Shown: in pieces, positions 25,836-39,000 of the stretch
Numbering within the stretch: position 1 is the stretch's first letter
Layout of the letters: each line of letters begins with the position of its first letter
Assembly (NCBI RefSeq): GCF_964204865.1
Contig: NC_135253.1
Location: forward strand, 16,430,001-16,494,000
Reading direction: 5' to 3'
DNA length: 64,000 bases
From: Styela clava
Taxonomy: Eukaryota
Program-made: the position numbers and the translations under genes
The notes under the pieces: generated by a model
The model's input: only the letters and a program-made list of their open reading frames with translations
Told to the model about the DNA's origin: nothing
The model's database searches: none

Positions 25836-28800
25836 ATCTAGTATGACTTGTGCGAGTAATTCCAATTCTGCTGTTGTTTATTTTTTAGATTGCTTACTCT
25901 GTTTTTTTTAGTTTTCCCTACCTTCATCGTTGACCCTTGGTCCCTTACTGGCGGGCCTTTTTCATTTTCCTCGCTGCTCAGCGGTTGAACGTCTCCACTA
26001 GTTTTGTACAGCTTGCTGCTCAATTTTTATTATATTTTGCTTGTTAGTTTCTCGACCTAGGCTAGCTACTTTTATTACTTCTTTCATGCCTTCGCCTCCA
26101 CGGTTTGCGTATATCATCCCGCTTCATCTTTTACGCTTGCTTGCTCTTTCTTCGTCATCTTGCTCACGCTGCTTCTTCCTTCATTTTTGTTTTTTATTTC
26201 CCGGGCTTTTCATTCCTTCACCTTGACGGTTTGCCTATATCCGCTTCATCTTTCACGCCTGCGCTTCATCATCATCTTGTTGTATTGTTGAGTCACTAAA
26301 CTTCGCCTGCTTACATTTTTGACGGTTTGCATATCTGCTTCACCTTGGGATGTTGCAACTCCGTACAGCTTGCGTTGTTGTTTATTCTTGTTTCGCATCA
26401 TCTCGCTTGCTTGCTACTTTTTGGACTGCTTACGGCTGCTGCCTCTTTCTTCCACCATTTCTGTTTTTTTTTTCACAAGTTTTTTTTAGTTTGCAGATCG
26501 TCGTTATTTTTTTCTTGCCGATTGCTCGTTTTTTCTTCTGCTACTTTCTTTCTTCATCCCTGGTTTCTTATCTCCAGGGGGCTTTTGAATTTCTTTTTTC
26601 AGTGACCGGCTCATTATATACGTTTGGATAACTAATTTTGTTACTTCGTTTCCTTGACTGGCTGGCCTACTGCGTGTTTGTTATATCTATGCTTAGATAT
26701 TTATTTCTCTTAGACCGCTCAAATCTCGCTGATTCCCTGCTTTTTCCATTTCTGATTTCGGCGCGACCGCAATTCTCGACTCCTGCTGGCGTCCCTGTCA
26801 CTTATTTTCTAATTTCTTTTTCTGACTTTCTTTGACGGTTTGGGCTGGCTGATCTGCCTGTCACTGGGCCGCTGTTTTAGTACTCCATAATTTCCACTCT
26901 ATCTTTATTTGCAGTGTTTCTGCTGCTTTTCCGACCGTCGTCTCACCACCTCCCTCGAGCACCTGTCTTGTTGGTTGTGGCCTTCCCTACCAACTCGGTC
27001 TAACCAGTGGGGTTCCGACTCACCACTACCACCATACTTGACCTAATGTCTGACTATGCCTCTACGCTTCCCCTGCGCCACGGCTACTGACGAAGATCGA
27101 GTGAATCAGAATCTTACTTAATTAGCAACGTCACGCTTGGCCACCTACGACAATGCTAATTAACACAAAAAATATACATCGAACATACTGCGACTCAAAG
27201 CAGATGTATTCATGCGGTAAAGTAGGCCAAAGTCTGTATATATGGGTAAGCTAATGGAAGGTGTACATCGTGGGCTTTGGTGGGACTATCGCATACGCTG
27301 CTTTAACTATTGAATATGTGGATATTTGTGGATATACGTTTTTAACCGTGTTTCATTTTAGTTTACTTTTATCACAAAAAAATGCCCTTTTATGCAATCA
27401 TCGGCGACAAGACACATAAAAGTAGTGAATCGGCAAACCCAATTTCTGACCGTCAGTGGAGAAACACTTAAACTGGAAAACGTTTCATCACATCATAGAT
27501 TTTACATAACAACGTTGTTATGCATTGTATCTCTTTTGCTAAATAATCGTCTCATCTCTGATTTACTGTTAAATTTATAAACCATCTCACGAAGAAATGT
27601 TGAAATTGGTGTTATATTTTTTTTAGTTTTTTTTTTTGTGATGCCAAAATTGTTATCATATATTATCGACCAAAGATGTAGACTGCCAATCACATCATTC
27701 AACTTCGCAGGTTGCCTCAGCTAGCCCAATGACATATAACAATATCTCATTGGCCAGCCACAGCATTAGTCAATTCAGTGACATTAGTGATGTAACAATA
27801 TGCCAAAAGATTTTTCTGGTTAATTTTATGATGAAACAACACTTATTTATCCCGAGGAAAAGTAAAGAATCATTAATCAGTATTTTATTTTGCTACCATC
27901 ATGCAATACAACAATGTACAATACAACAATACCAAATGCGATTTTAGGCCGCGAGTCGAGGCCCTGAAAAAACGCCTAAAAAGTGAGTTTTGTAGCGCAC
28001 ATCAGGTAACTAACTACCTGAAAATGATTTTAAAATGTTCCTTAAAAATTAAGTAACAAATATTGCCTTGTTCCCACTTCAAAAGTTGCATGTTTTACGG
28101 AAAAGACGCTTTTACTACAAGAAATATGTGCTACGATCTGTCCTATATTCTCTACATTTCCGGCAATGAACAATGACTTCTGCATGACGTAACAATTGAA
28201 TCCAATCAGCTGTTAGCGAGCGGATGAATCTTAGTTATTACTGTTCGATCTTGCGTTGAGTTAGGCAGCCTTTCCATAGCCCTGTTTAGTTATTATTAGT
28301 TAAGTTATGCTAAGACGTTGTTAAAAAGTATAAGAAGGTTTTAAACACTTGTAGATCCTTACCGCGGATATGGGCCGTGAGACGAAGCCTTGAAAACGCC
28401 CTGAAAATAAGTTTCGTAGCGCACATCTGGTAACTAGATAAATTCTTCAGTTTTGTGTGAAAACGAACATACTGAACGCATTACAGCTTGTTCCACAATC
28501 CTGATGCGAAATTGAATATAAAAGGTTCCCGGAAATTCAATAACCATAAGTTTACAACACATACATAAGAACTATGCAATTCGAGAGCCCTACAGCACAC
28601 TAACACAAATGTATTCCTGTAATGTTTTACCTGACCAAAATCAGACTTCCTCAGTCAATCATAATTTATTAGGTAGATTACGAAAAATATGGCATACATG
28701 TAACCAACAACAAAATATACTTTAATTGTGTGACAGGAGTCGCGAGTGACCTCGAAAGGTCTTTAAGCAGTTTACAACAAGAACAGCATAAAAAGCTACA

Positions 28801-29053
28801 TCCATTTTATAGAATCTATCAAACGTATTTATTTTTAAGCAATAAAGTCACAAATTAACATCGTGAGCACGAAAACACAAATAAATCAGTTATTTTTCAC
28901 TTAGAAATTTACCGGAAAAGTCAAGAAAATTAAATGAATGTACAATATGTACATAACATAGTGAACAGAAATATTACAATTAGTCTTTTTTTAGTTTATG
29001 TGGTTATGTATTTGAACAAAGGCAATATATTTTCTAGAAACAGGACTACGACA

Positions 29054-29520
29054 CTAACAAATGTCCAAAAAAACAAACAAATAAATGATACTTATTAAAT
29101 CAACTGCAATATCTAATTCACTTTCTTCTGAATTGTTTTCGAAATCCACTATCTCGAAAATCGATTTTTCCTCTACAAGTTTACTGTGATTTTTGCAGTC
29201 AATACAAGAACAAAACTCTGTGCAATTTAAGTTGATTTTGGCACTCTTGCATAAATTATTTTGACTATTTTTCTTACACTTGCAGTTTGCCAACTCAAGA
29301 ACTGATTTAAAGGCCACATGCTTCTTCAGTGAATCATTGTTGGGTGAGGGAGTATAATCCTTATGTTTGCCAGTGTTAAATAGACGTGCCCTGGTATCAT
29401 TTACATTCTTCATATCCTCTTCATACAGTGAACAAACGAATTCCTCAGCTTTATTCTTAATGCCCCGTTAGCCTCAAAAGATCTTCATAGTTAAGAAAAA
29501 AAAATGAATTGAAAACCTCA
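29054..29520 (-). pseudogene. Academ-type transposase C-terminal remnant (tesmin-like CXC tail)
   Basis: NVNDTRARLF...PSPNNDSLKKHV...LELANCKCKK..NNLCKSAKINLNCTEFCSCIDCKN matches the recalled VNEARY.LF..LPPT.D.L..H...C.C...C.C....L.CTE.C.C tail; upstream sequence is frameshifted or deleted. Confidence 0.7.
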
Positions 29521-30624
29521 ATGAAGTCTCCAACATGAGTTTGATGGGCAGTTCCAATTGCACGAAGGGGTGCTTAAGTATTTCAATATGAATAGCCCAT
29601 CTAAGCTGTTTGCAACTATTATGATTCTCATATACCTTTACGCTTCAAGACTTCTTGTTTAATCCATTTTATAGCACTGATAGCAGCAGGGATTAGAGCC
29701 TGCGTTAGATCGGATTGGTGGAACATTGCCGTTTTCTTTTGCAGTACAGTATCTAAAATGAGGAAGAAAATCATATTTGGAACAAACAGCATGAGTGTAA
29801 AAATACCACTAAATACTAACCACTACCTTGAATACATGATGCATTTCATCTGATGTACTCAATGAGCGTATATATGCTCATTGCATGTACTACAGTCCAA
29901 CAGTGTTTGCATACCAGTACTAGAATATATCTACACTAAATTTTGATATAGGCCTATCCCAGTCTGAAATTCCCTATGACAGTATGAGTATGGACTATAC
30001 ACTACATCAACAGTCGGTCTACAACTTGATTTATCACCTCTCAATCGCTTTCAATGCTACTTCCTTTCCACTCCGGCATAACTTATCATTGCTTCCCATG
30101 TTCTTGTCGACTCAATGAATTTAGATTTAGACCAACCGAGATTAGTAAAATTGATTATTTCCTTCTCTTTCACACAAACGTGCATTACAGAAACAGCCAT
30201 TAATTTCTATTTCCAAATATGCTGTGGCCTATATAGTAGTATAAGTCTGCTGAATAGTCAAGAAGAGTCATTAAATTAATCATAGACATTTCATGCAAGC
30301 CAGAAAATATCGTTGTTTGTGACATATTATTCTAGGTCTAGCCTTCCTTGGAGTTACCCAACGACTAACATACGGAGTTACCGCACCCTACCTATTTAAC
30401 AACGTCTTATGAGCTAGTGCTCAACTAAAGATGCTATTTATGGTAAGGATATACAAGTGTTTAATATCTTACTTATACTTTTCAACACCTCCTTATAATA
30501 ACTGAACTAATAATAACTGAAAAAAATATGGAAAGGCTACTCAACGCAAAAGCGAGCAGTAATAGTAGTACATCTGATATCCACCCGACCACGCAACAGG
30601 GGTGATAACTTTTTTGTGGCTTTG

Positions 30625-30743
30625 GAGCCAGGCCACACAAAAGGGGCCAGGCCACGGAGAAATCGGGGCCAGGCCACGGAAAAATCGGGGCCAGGCCACG
30701 GAGAAATTGGGGCCAGGCCACAAAATATTTGGGGCCAGGCCAG
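30625..30743 (+). repeat. Left subterminal 22-bp tandem repeat (GGGGCCAGGCCACGGAGAAATC), 6 cores
   Basis: Period 22 (e.g. 30643, 30665); inverted counterpart at 48957-49076. Confidence 0.95.
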
Positions 30744-30874
30744 CGCATTCTTATTATTTTCATCTTGCACAGATGTACTAGTACCCATATTTGTTCAGTT
30801 ATATTTTGTTTATAGGTAATGTGGAAACTGCCAAACTGGTAATGTTAAGACATGTACGGTACCGGTGCCGGTAC

Positions 30875-31400
30875 AGGATAGAAAATGGAGCCACAGACTT
30901 GAGCAGTTCAGTAATATGGAGCCACACACAAATTCTGTTTTGAGGTGTGGATAAGTCTTATTTTTTGTGTGTTTAACAGGTCAGTAATGATCTTGAAGGT
31001 ACAGGCAAACCTTATTAGTGAAAAGAATACGATTAAATCACATTTAACTAAGAATTTATTGCCTGGAAATACAGGATGGAAAATGGAGCCACAGACTTGA
31101 GCAGTTCAGTAATATGGAGCCACACTCAAATTCTGTTATGAGGTGTGGATTAGTCTTATTTTTTGTGTGTTTAACAGGTTAGTAATGATCTTAAAGGTAC
31201 AGGCAAACCTCATTTGTGAAAAGAGTATGTTTGAATAGCATTTAACTGAGAATTTCTTGGCTGGAAGTACAGGATAGAAAATGGAGCCACACTCAATTTC
31301 TGTTATGAAAAGTGGATTAGTCCTATCTTTTGTGTGTCCAACAGGTTAGAAAAGATCTCGAAGGTACAAGCAAACCTTAATAGTAAAAAGAATCGAAATA
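30875..31400 (+). repeat. Left ~197-bp subterminal repeat array (~3 copies; further degenerate copies at ~32430-32700)
   Basis: AATGGAGCCACAGACTTGAGCAGTTCAGTAATATGGAGCCAC... units; reverse complement of the 47795-48945 array. Confidence 0.9.
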
Positions 31401-31490
31401 TATTTATATAATATATATTTAAGCGAAAAAATATTGCTTGGAAGTACTGCATAAAAAACACGAGACATTAGCCATAGTGCTATATTTATA

Positions 31491-32142
31491 TCGCCGGATG
31501 AGAACAGAAGGGGCCTAAGTCACATTTTTGCAAAATTCACTTTTTTCAATATTTTGGGGTTTTGAGCCATGCTCTACAAGTTGGTGGTCTTGAAATCCTG
31601 AATTTCTCAATAATAAAAATTTTAGGTGGACTTAGGACTGTGGAAGTTAAGAACAGAATGGGCCTAAGTCCAGCTAAAATTTTTAATATTATGAAATTCA
31701 GAATTTCAAGACCACCACCTTGTAGAGCATGGCTCAAAACCCTAAAATACTGAAAAAAGATAGTCCTAAGTTCCAATATGATGGGCATGAACATCAGAAA
31801 TGAAATGTCCGAAACTTACATCCCTAAAAATATTTTCAGTGCAACTTAGGCCTAAGTCACCTTGTTTTACCTTGCATCCCATACAAAAAAATTCAGAAGT
31901 TGTTGAGAACAGAATGGGCCAAAGTCCATTATGGGGTTAAAAAAGCAGGAAGGAATTGAAGCTGAAGTGCCAAAAATATTGATTACAAAGATATTCACAT
32001 CCACATTAAAATAATCAGAGCTCAGGGGTTTACTAAGTGTGAATATCTAGAAATTCAAAAATAAAAAAATTCCAAATTGTTTTTTGCGTTTTTCTCAAAA
32101 CTCAAAATTGTGACTTAGGCCTGTTCTGTTCTCATCCGGCGA
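31491..32142. mobile_element. MITE with TATA flanks and a long internal palindrome
   Basis: TIR TCGCCGGATGAGAACAGAA..GGCCTAAGTCACA at both ends; internal inverted repeat 31541-31760 with ~95-bp arms. Confidence 0.8.
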
Positions 32143-34974
32143 TATAGTCTGATATATATTTAAGCGAAAAAATATTGCTTGGAAGTACTGCATAAAAAAC
32201 ACGAGACATTAGCCATAGTGCTACTGTGCTTACCCGAAAAAAAGACCTAGCACGAATTTTAAAAATAATTTTAATATAAGCCCTCCCCTTAAAATAAGAC
32301 CAAGTCAATACCGTGAGATTTTTTTATCCCCCTTACACGTTTTAAATGATTGATAATGATCTATGTTTTGCAGTTGTTTTGAATAAGAACGTGTTATTCA
32401 TAAGTAAATAGATATTCTCTACTTTTTAATCATGTTTTTAATTATTTTTTTTTCATGGTTTTCAACAGGTTAGTAAAGATCTTCAAGTTACAGGAAACCC
32501 TAATAGTATGAAATCATGTTTGACTGTCTGAAAAGTAAATACTTTGAAATTTGTTGCCTGGAAGTGCAGTTTAAAAAGTGGATTCATACAGCGAGGTGAT
32601 TCGGGGACGCAATGTCTGAATGTTGTTGGAAGTGGATTAGTCATAGTTTTATTGCATATAACAGGTTTGTAATGACGGTTGAGTTACTTTACAACAATAG
32701 TCTTAGTACCACAAGATTTGTTTCTAACTTATCGACACCTTGTGCCTTTTTGGGGAATTAATGTTTTTTGTTCAGTATATATGCTGATATGAGTCATGAT
32801 CGCAGTGAAACAGATACTACTCGATAACTGAGGAATGTATACAAGAATTAGGCTGTAAGAAGCTGGTATCATATCAATTTGATCATAGATTATGAATAAG
32901 AAAGCTAATTTGTAGTTTACATTTACCAGGTTGGGAAAAATATTTCAAGCTTATCCCACTCAAACTATTTATAAGTAATACTCATATCAGACTGTATACA
33001 TTTAAGCCTAATATTAAAATGTATATTATTTATTCGGAGCATTCATATCAGATAACATTAGCTGGCGCACTGGTCTTTTTATTTAAGACGGGTTTTGGGG
33101 AAAGCTTTGGTTCACACTTGTATATTCGTTCGTCATTCAAATGGTTAGAGTAGAGATTTAGGTATATATTTGTTTTTGAGACTTAGTAATTTCCATTCTC
33201 CTATGTTTTACGGTTACGACAGAAAGCTAAAAATACTTATTAATATTCCTTATTTCCTGGGAATGTAACACATAACTGCATTTCAGAAAGTCCTTATATT
33301 TCTATATCCACCTGAAGCATGCATAACATATTTGTATTATTTTCTTGTGATGATTACTACCACATGCATAATTGGATCTGATTTCAGGGATTGTTTCAAT
33401 TGATAATGAAACCAGGAATCAAGCGAAAAAGTTTTACAATTACATTACAAAGATTAAATAGGATGGTAATATTTGGTATTATCTGCCTTGATCACATTAT
33501 TGTAACAATACCTGTACAGATGAGACCTGAATACAATCCCCATGGTTACATTTCAAGATTGTGTCTAATAGTCAAGTCTGAATTTTGTACATTTGTTTTC
33601 CTAAAATAAGGTTTGCAAGTTCTTTCACAATTTTTATACTGTCTTTGGAGAAAGAGAGATGATCATCAAATGGTGTTCCCTATTAAGCACTCTGTTTTTT
33701 ATACAAGTGTAAGACAATGTGAATTTTTTGCCACTATCGGTTTCATTTTTGAATATTGCCCAATCACTAATCATCATTGTAAAGAAATACATGTAATGCC
33801 TTTTGTATCACATGATAAAAAATTATTCAGTATAACTTTAACAAAAAACATAGTTTTTATGACATTTCAGGTGCTCACGTCGTAACAACATAAAAACAAG
33901 TATCCATGTTATTAATTTTGCTTCTCCAAAACATCGCGTACATAAAACAAAATAATGACGTAAAATTAGCAAGTGTGGTAATATGATTGATTCTGCATAC
34001 TTCAATGTAAGTTTATCGTATAGTTTATACTGTGCTTTATAGCAGGACATAGGTAAAAACGGAATAAAACATAAAAATTAGCCCATTCATTCGTTTGCTA
34101 ACCTGATGAGTTTTTGATAATCAAATGATCAATCAGGGATGGACCAAGCAGTCTCTAGTCGAATAAACATCATGTTAAATTTGAATTGATGATGATAAAA
34201 ATGATGTGATAAGATCTATGAAACAGATTCTGTTAGATAAATTTCATCTCATATTGTTGCTAACAACCGTGCCATAAAACCCCACTCCCATTTAATTTTA
34301 CGTTTTACCTGTATTCTCAAAATGGTGTGCAGGATCAAAAAGTATTTATTGGTGAAATTATGTATTTTGATTTCCAGTACTTTAAAATAATAAACCACTC
34401 AAGTCATCACGAATTTTAACATATTTTTTTGTTTTATAGCTCGGAGAGAAGAAATCAAATCATGGTGTCTGCTATGATGACAACAAAACGGACTTTACCG
34501 GTTTTGTATTGATACCTCAAGGTTAATATAGAAATTTGAGAAAATAGGCTCAAAACTACCAAATTCCCTTGAACCTCTGAACCAGTTCCAGTCTGGTGTT
34601 TGCAATTTTATTTTTGCATATTTTTCAATAAATGAAACAGGTAATCGCATGGATCTTGTATTCTGTAAGGGTAATTTATAACCGGGAGAAGAATATGTTC
34701 GTTCCCGTGGGAGTATTGGGATAAACAGTGGTTGGGCCTGCAATTTGTATGACAAATCTAAAACATCTTATAGTGTGTAAACCCCTGTCAATTGCATATA
34801 TCAGTATGTACTTTAAAACTCATTTGAGCCACTGGTGGAATTATTCAGGCATTGATTGATGTACACATGACGAGGTGATAAAGAAGACAGGTAATATATA
34901 TAAACTCTAATAATAATATGATATAAATAGACCCATTAATGAATCTATATTTATCTCTTTCTGAAATAATAAGC

Positions 34975-35170
34975 AGTTGGACCTGACAACATTATTTAAG
35001 AGTCATGTATGATATCCTATCGAGTTCGGTATTTTCCGTGATGCTTAAAAATGTGCTAGAGTGGTGCCCGTTTTCAAATCTGGTAACAAAAAGCATATAT
35101 CGAATTATAGGCCAATCTCAGTGCTCCCAGTAATTTCAACTGTCTTTGAAAAATTATTAAATAGCCGGTT
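34975..35170 (+). pseudogene. LINE (CR1/L2 group) reverse-transcriptase fragment
   Basis: GIFRDA*KCARVVPVFKSGNKKHISNYRPISVLPVISTVFEKLLNSRL: classic NYRPIS motif with an in-frame stop. Confidence 0.85.
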
Positions 35171-35450
35171 ATTATGTTTTATAGAAAAACACAATATCAT
35201 AACCAGATCTATAATGTACTAAGTTTCAGTTATTTAAAATTAATTATACAACAACACATATTCTCTGAACAAATTAACAATCGCAACAATATAACTTATT
35301 TCACTGAGTTTTGCCTGGTACACCAGAGCAGTACTTTATGTGTGATGTTCATGAGATGTGTATTACCGACATCTGCACATAGCCCAAATCTTATGACCCG
35401 GGGCATATTTTTTTCAATTATAAGTAAATATTTAAAATAAAATAATCACG

Positions 35451-35493
35451 CTGGCCTGGCCTCAGAGACACAAAAAAGTTACCACCCCTATTC
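35451..35493 (-). repeat. Internal third copy of the Zisupton terminus
   Basis: Revcomp GAATAGGGGTGGTAACTTTTTTGTGTCTCTGAGGCCAGGCCAG matches both element ends. Confidence 0.8.
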
Positions 35494-35780
35494 AAATTTC
35501 AGCCATTGTGAAGTAGGTTACAGCAAAGTAATTAATAGGCACCAGTTAACGCTACAGTAAAAAGACAATGAATGTGGTGAGGAATATAAATATCTAGATA
35601 TGGCAACCAGTAGGAATTTATCGCTCGCAAAAAAAATTTATCATCTAATTCTGCCGGCTGGTATTTGTGAGAAGCCAACTCACCACGGCAAGGTTCCAGC
35701 CTTTGAGTTGGATCTCTTTTTAAACAGAAGAAACCCAAGCATGGATAGGCAGATCGCCAATGCTTAGTAAAGAAACTGCT

Positions 35781-36010
35781 GTGGATGCCGTTGGCTGAAC
35801 AAAGTTCAGCTCGTCCGCCTTCTGGTAAACCAAGGGTCCCACTACCCAAAGAGGTACGTGTGGATGCCGTTGGCCGGATAAAATCCAGCTCATCCGCCTT
35901 TTGGTATACCAAGGGTCCCACTACCCAAAGAGGTAAATTACTTGTGGATGCCGTTGGCTGGATTGCTCCAGCTCATCCGCCTTTTGGTATACCAGGGGTC
36001 CCACTACCCC
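35781..36010 (-). repeat. Three tandem ~80-bp structured repeats in the putative 3' UTR of the Zisupton gene
   Basis: Units start at 35781, 35860 and 35944; constant flanks around a variable hairpin. Confidence 0.9.
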
Positions 36011-36055
36011 TAAAACCATGCTGTTCTTTTTGGCATGGCATGGTTGTTGATTTAA

Positions 36056-39000
36056 TTAAGCACTGCTTAATAAGCATAGCGGGCATCTCCATGATTTTTT
36101 TATTTTCACCCTCGCCTCCTTCTTCGAGTATTTTAGGCATTCTGAATGGAACCAGCGATCGCATGCATCACAACCAAGCTGTCAAACAAATGTGTGTGAA
36201 ATTTTTATCAAAAACATAATAGGAGCCCACTCATTTAGGATACCATCACAACAAGCAACATGATGAAATGATTCCAGGCACTGGAGCAGTGCAGGAATGA
36301 ATACAAAAGCTAACTCACGATATTGCCATCAGGTAGACATTACTAAGTGCAGCCCTTCATCTGGACAAATTCAGATACTACCAGGGCTCCCAAACTATTT
36401 TACCCCAAAGATTCGTATACAGAATCTCGGGATTACAGACGTGTCTTTCAGATAATATACCTAGCAGTGCGCCTAAATATATTTTAGTACATCTAACTTC
36501 AAAGTGTTATATATTGATAAAATAACCTTCGAAAGTATAAATAAAATCAGTAGAAGGAATTCCTCATATATCTAAGTTATCGAGTTGAGATACGTTATTA
36601 TTTACGTAAAAATACGAGTTTCAGTATTTCCAGTTTGAGATTAAGCCATACTTTTAGGTACAATTACTACGGGAGTCACTTTCCTAGTCACCGAGTTATA
36701 GGACTAAAATAAGGAAAATTGAAATAAAATTATAACCTGGTGCACATACTTCTGGAGCACCAAATTTCCACCCTTCTTGCGACCCTCTCCAAACTAAGCC
36801 CATTGGCGCCATACCCTAGATACGCCACTGACAAATATTAATTTATAATGTAATTTTAAAAAATAAATGTGAGAACAAACCCAAGTTCCATGAGGCGTCG
36901 CAGTGCCACACATGCTGCACACATCGATCATATCTAAGAACATTGAGGTAAATATAAATAGAATGAACACACAAGTTCACACTAGACCAACGGTTCTCAA
37001 CCAGTGGGCCACTGCTGGCCACAGAGCTAATGATAATTGCTAGTTTAATTTATGTCAATATTGCTTTGATTTTAGGCTGCTTTCTGCTATGGCTTAAACT
37101 TTCATTCTGAATATTTAAGTGAAAGTGTCCATTTTCAAACAAACATCTTGATTTTTCTTGTAGTTTTCCCCTTGCAACAAAAATCGACCATGAACGAAAA
37201 AAGGTTGAGAACCACTGCAGTCAGTTGAGGCTTGCTTCCTCCACCATCAATTTCATGCATCTGAGACTAATCGTATATTTCAATACCTGACATTTCCAAG
37301 ATCTCTTCAGCTATTTGTAACCTGTATCTTTTAATATCTTCTAATGTCGACTGAAAAGTAACTCTATCAAAACTATTAAGCAGTAAGCTCTCTGCAATCT
37401 GAACAAAACATTTAATATTATGAATTATAATATACCTATTGAAAATGGCTCAAAATTTTCTATAACCTCACCTTCATGACAAATACCCCGCAGCTGGAAC
37501 CATCAGTTTGTATTGGATGTTTAATTTTTCCACTTTTGAAACATGTTATTGACTCCTTAATTCCCTCACCCTCTCTTAACTGCAGGAATTCACTTGAAAT
37601 AAGAAAATCGGGGTAAATAATGGCAAACATAAATTACTGTAATCAAATCTGTCCTATTGTTTGAAAATTTATTATACCTAACGCTCCTTTCAGCATCTTG
37701 GCTTTCTTCTAGGTTGCTACCGACCGGATCCACTAAATATAATATCCGCCCAGTAATGTTGATCACCTAACAAAAAAATTTCAAATAACTTTCAAGTAGA
37801 TAATCAAGAGAATGAAAAGCGAAGATGGCAATACCAAAAGTTTCCAATGATTATCATCCACGTTCCATATTCCGACAATAATTTCATAGGCCGAGAATGA
37901 TATCTGAAAATAAACAAGGATCATTTACAAATATGGGATATTTATGAGCAAAAACCTTCATCACAAAAGAGCTCAAACATACATCAAATACTGCAACTTC
38001 GTTGATTAGCTCTATTTTATCTACCAAAATTTTTCAAAAGAAAAGAAACAGACCTTCGAAAGTAATTGACGGGAAAGAACAGGTCTGTTTCTTTCCAATA
38101 TATTTTTGGTCAAAAAGGAGTCTAATATGTAGACTTTCTTTGTGCATCTTGCCGCCAATATTGATAAATATATTTCGATTGCCTATAACGAGAAAATTTT
38201 TTTATTTTAGTAAAATCATACGAACCCATGGAGTCTACATAGCAAATGCTTATCTTTTGATTTGTAAGAATTCAGATTTGTTTTACAGTCATCAATTAGT
38301 ATAAGCTATTTATTATATTCAGCAAGAAAGATGAAATTTGTCAAATACATAACATTTGGGGCAAAGCGCTAGCCCATTAAAATTTTCTTCATTGATATAT
38401 TCAAGTGCAAATGAAATTACTTACTTCATCCATAATCCAACGGTGGGGTTTCAAGGAGGTAAATCCTTTCAGCCAGATTTTTCGTTGAGCATGCGTTGCA
38501 ATTATGATTTCAGGTAAATCATCTTCGTCTTTCTTGATAAGCAACCACATAGTTTCTGCATTCGAGGGTATTTTTCTAATAACAATTAAAATTCCTATGA
38601 ATCAAAACTGTATGTCAATTAACGGGGACAGTTGCCACATTGAATGAGGAAATTTGCTAACTTTGTAACCCTAAGGCAAATTTGATATATGAATGATGGT
38701 GAAAAAATTTGATAAAATATAAAACTTAATAATTTTACTTTTTAATTTCTAATTTTGTAGAGTTTCCCAGAATGTCGTCTTTCATCAATTCCTCCTCACA
38801 CTTCTCTAGTAAAACTTCAGCTACCTAAAATTCATATTGACAAGTAATGAACCAAATGTACAAGTAAGAAAATAGTGCAATGGAGCATTTATTTCAACAT
38901 CAATTGTAATTTTATAACAGACAAAATAAACTACTGACAATGAATTTTAGTCAGTGTTATGACTTACATAAAATTCAATGAAAAAATAAACAAAAAGCAA

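Noticed and set aside
30482-30819. Multiple overlapping WPGP/GLAP ORFs (also at 48925-49138)
   Set aside because: Translations of the 22-bp GC-rich subterminal repeat.
35781-36010. CRISPR-like appearance (constant repeat plus variable segment), and an HDV-like ribozyme fold on the plus strand (GGG-UCCCACUA-CCC)
   Set aside because: Eukaryotic context, no cas genes, and the variable parts are homologous hairpins. The HDV mapping lacks the P1.1 GG and the C-N-A-A J4/2.
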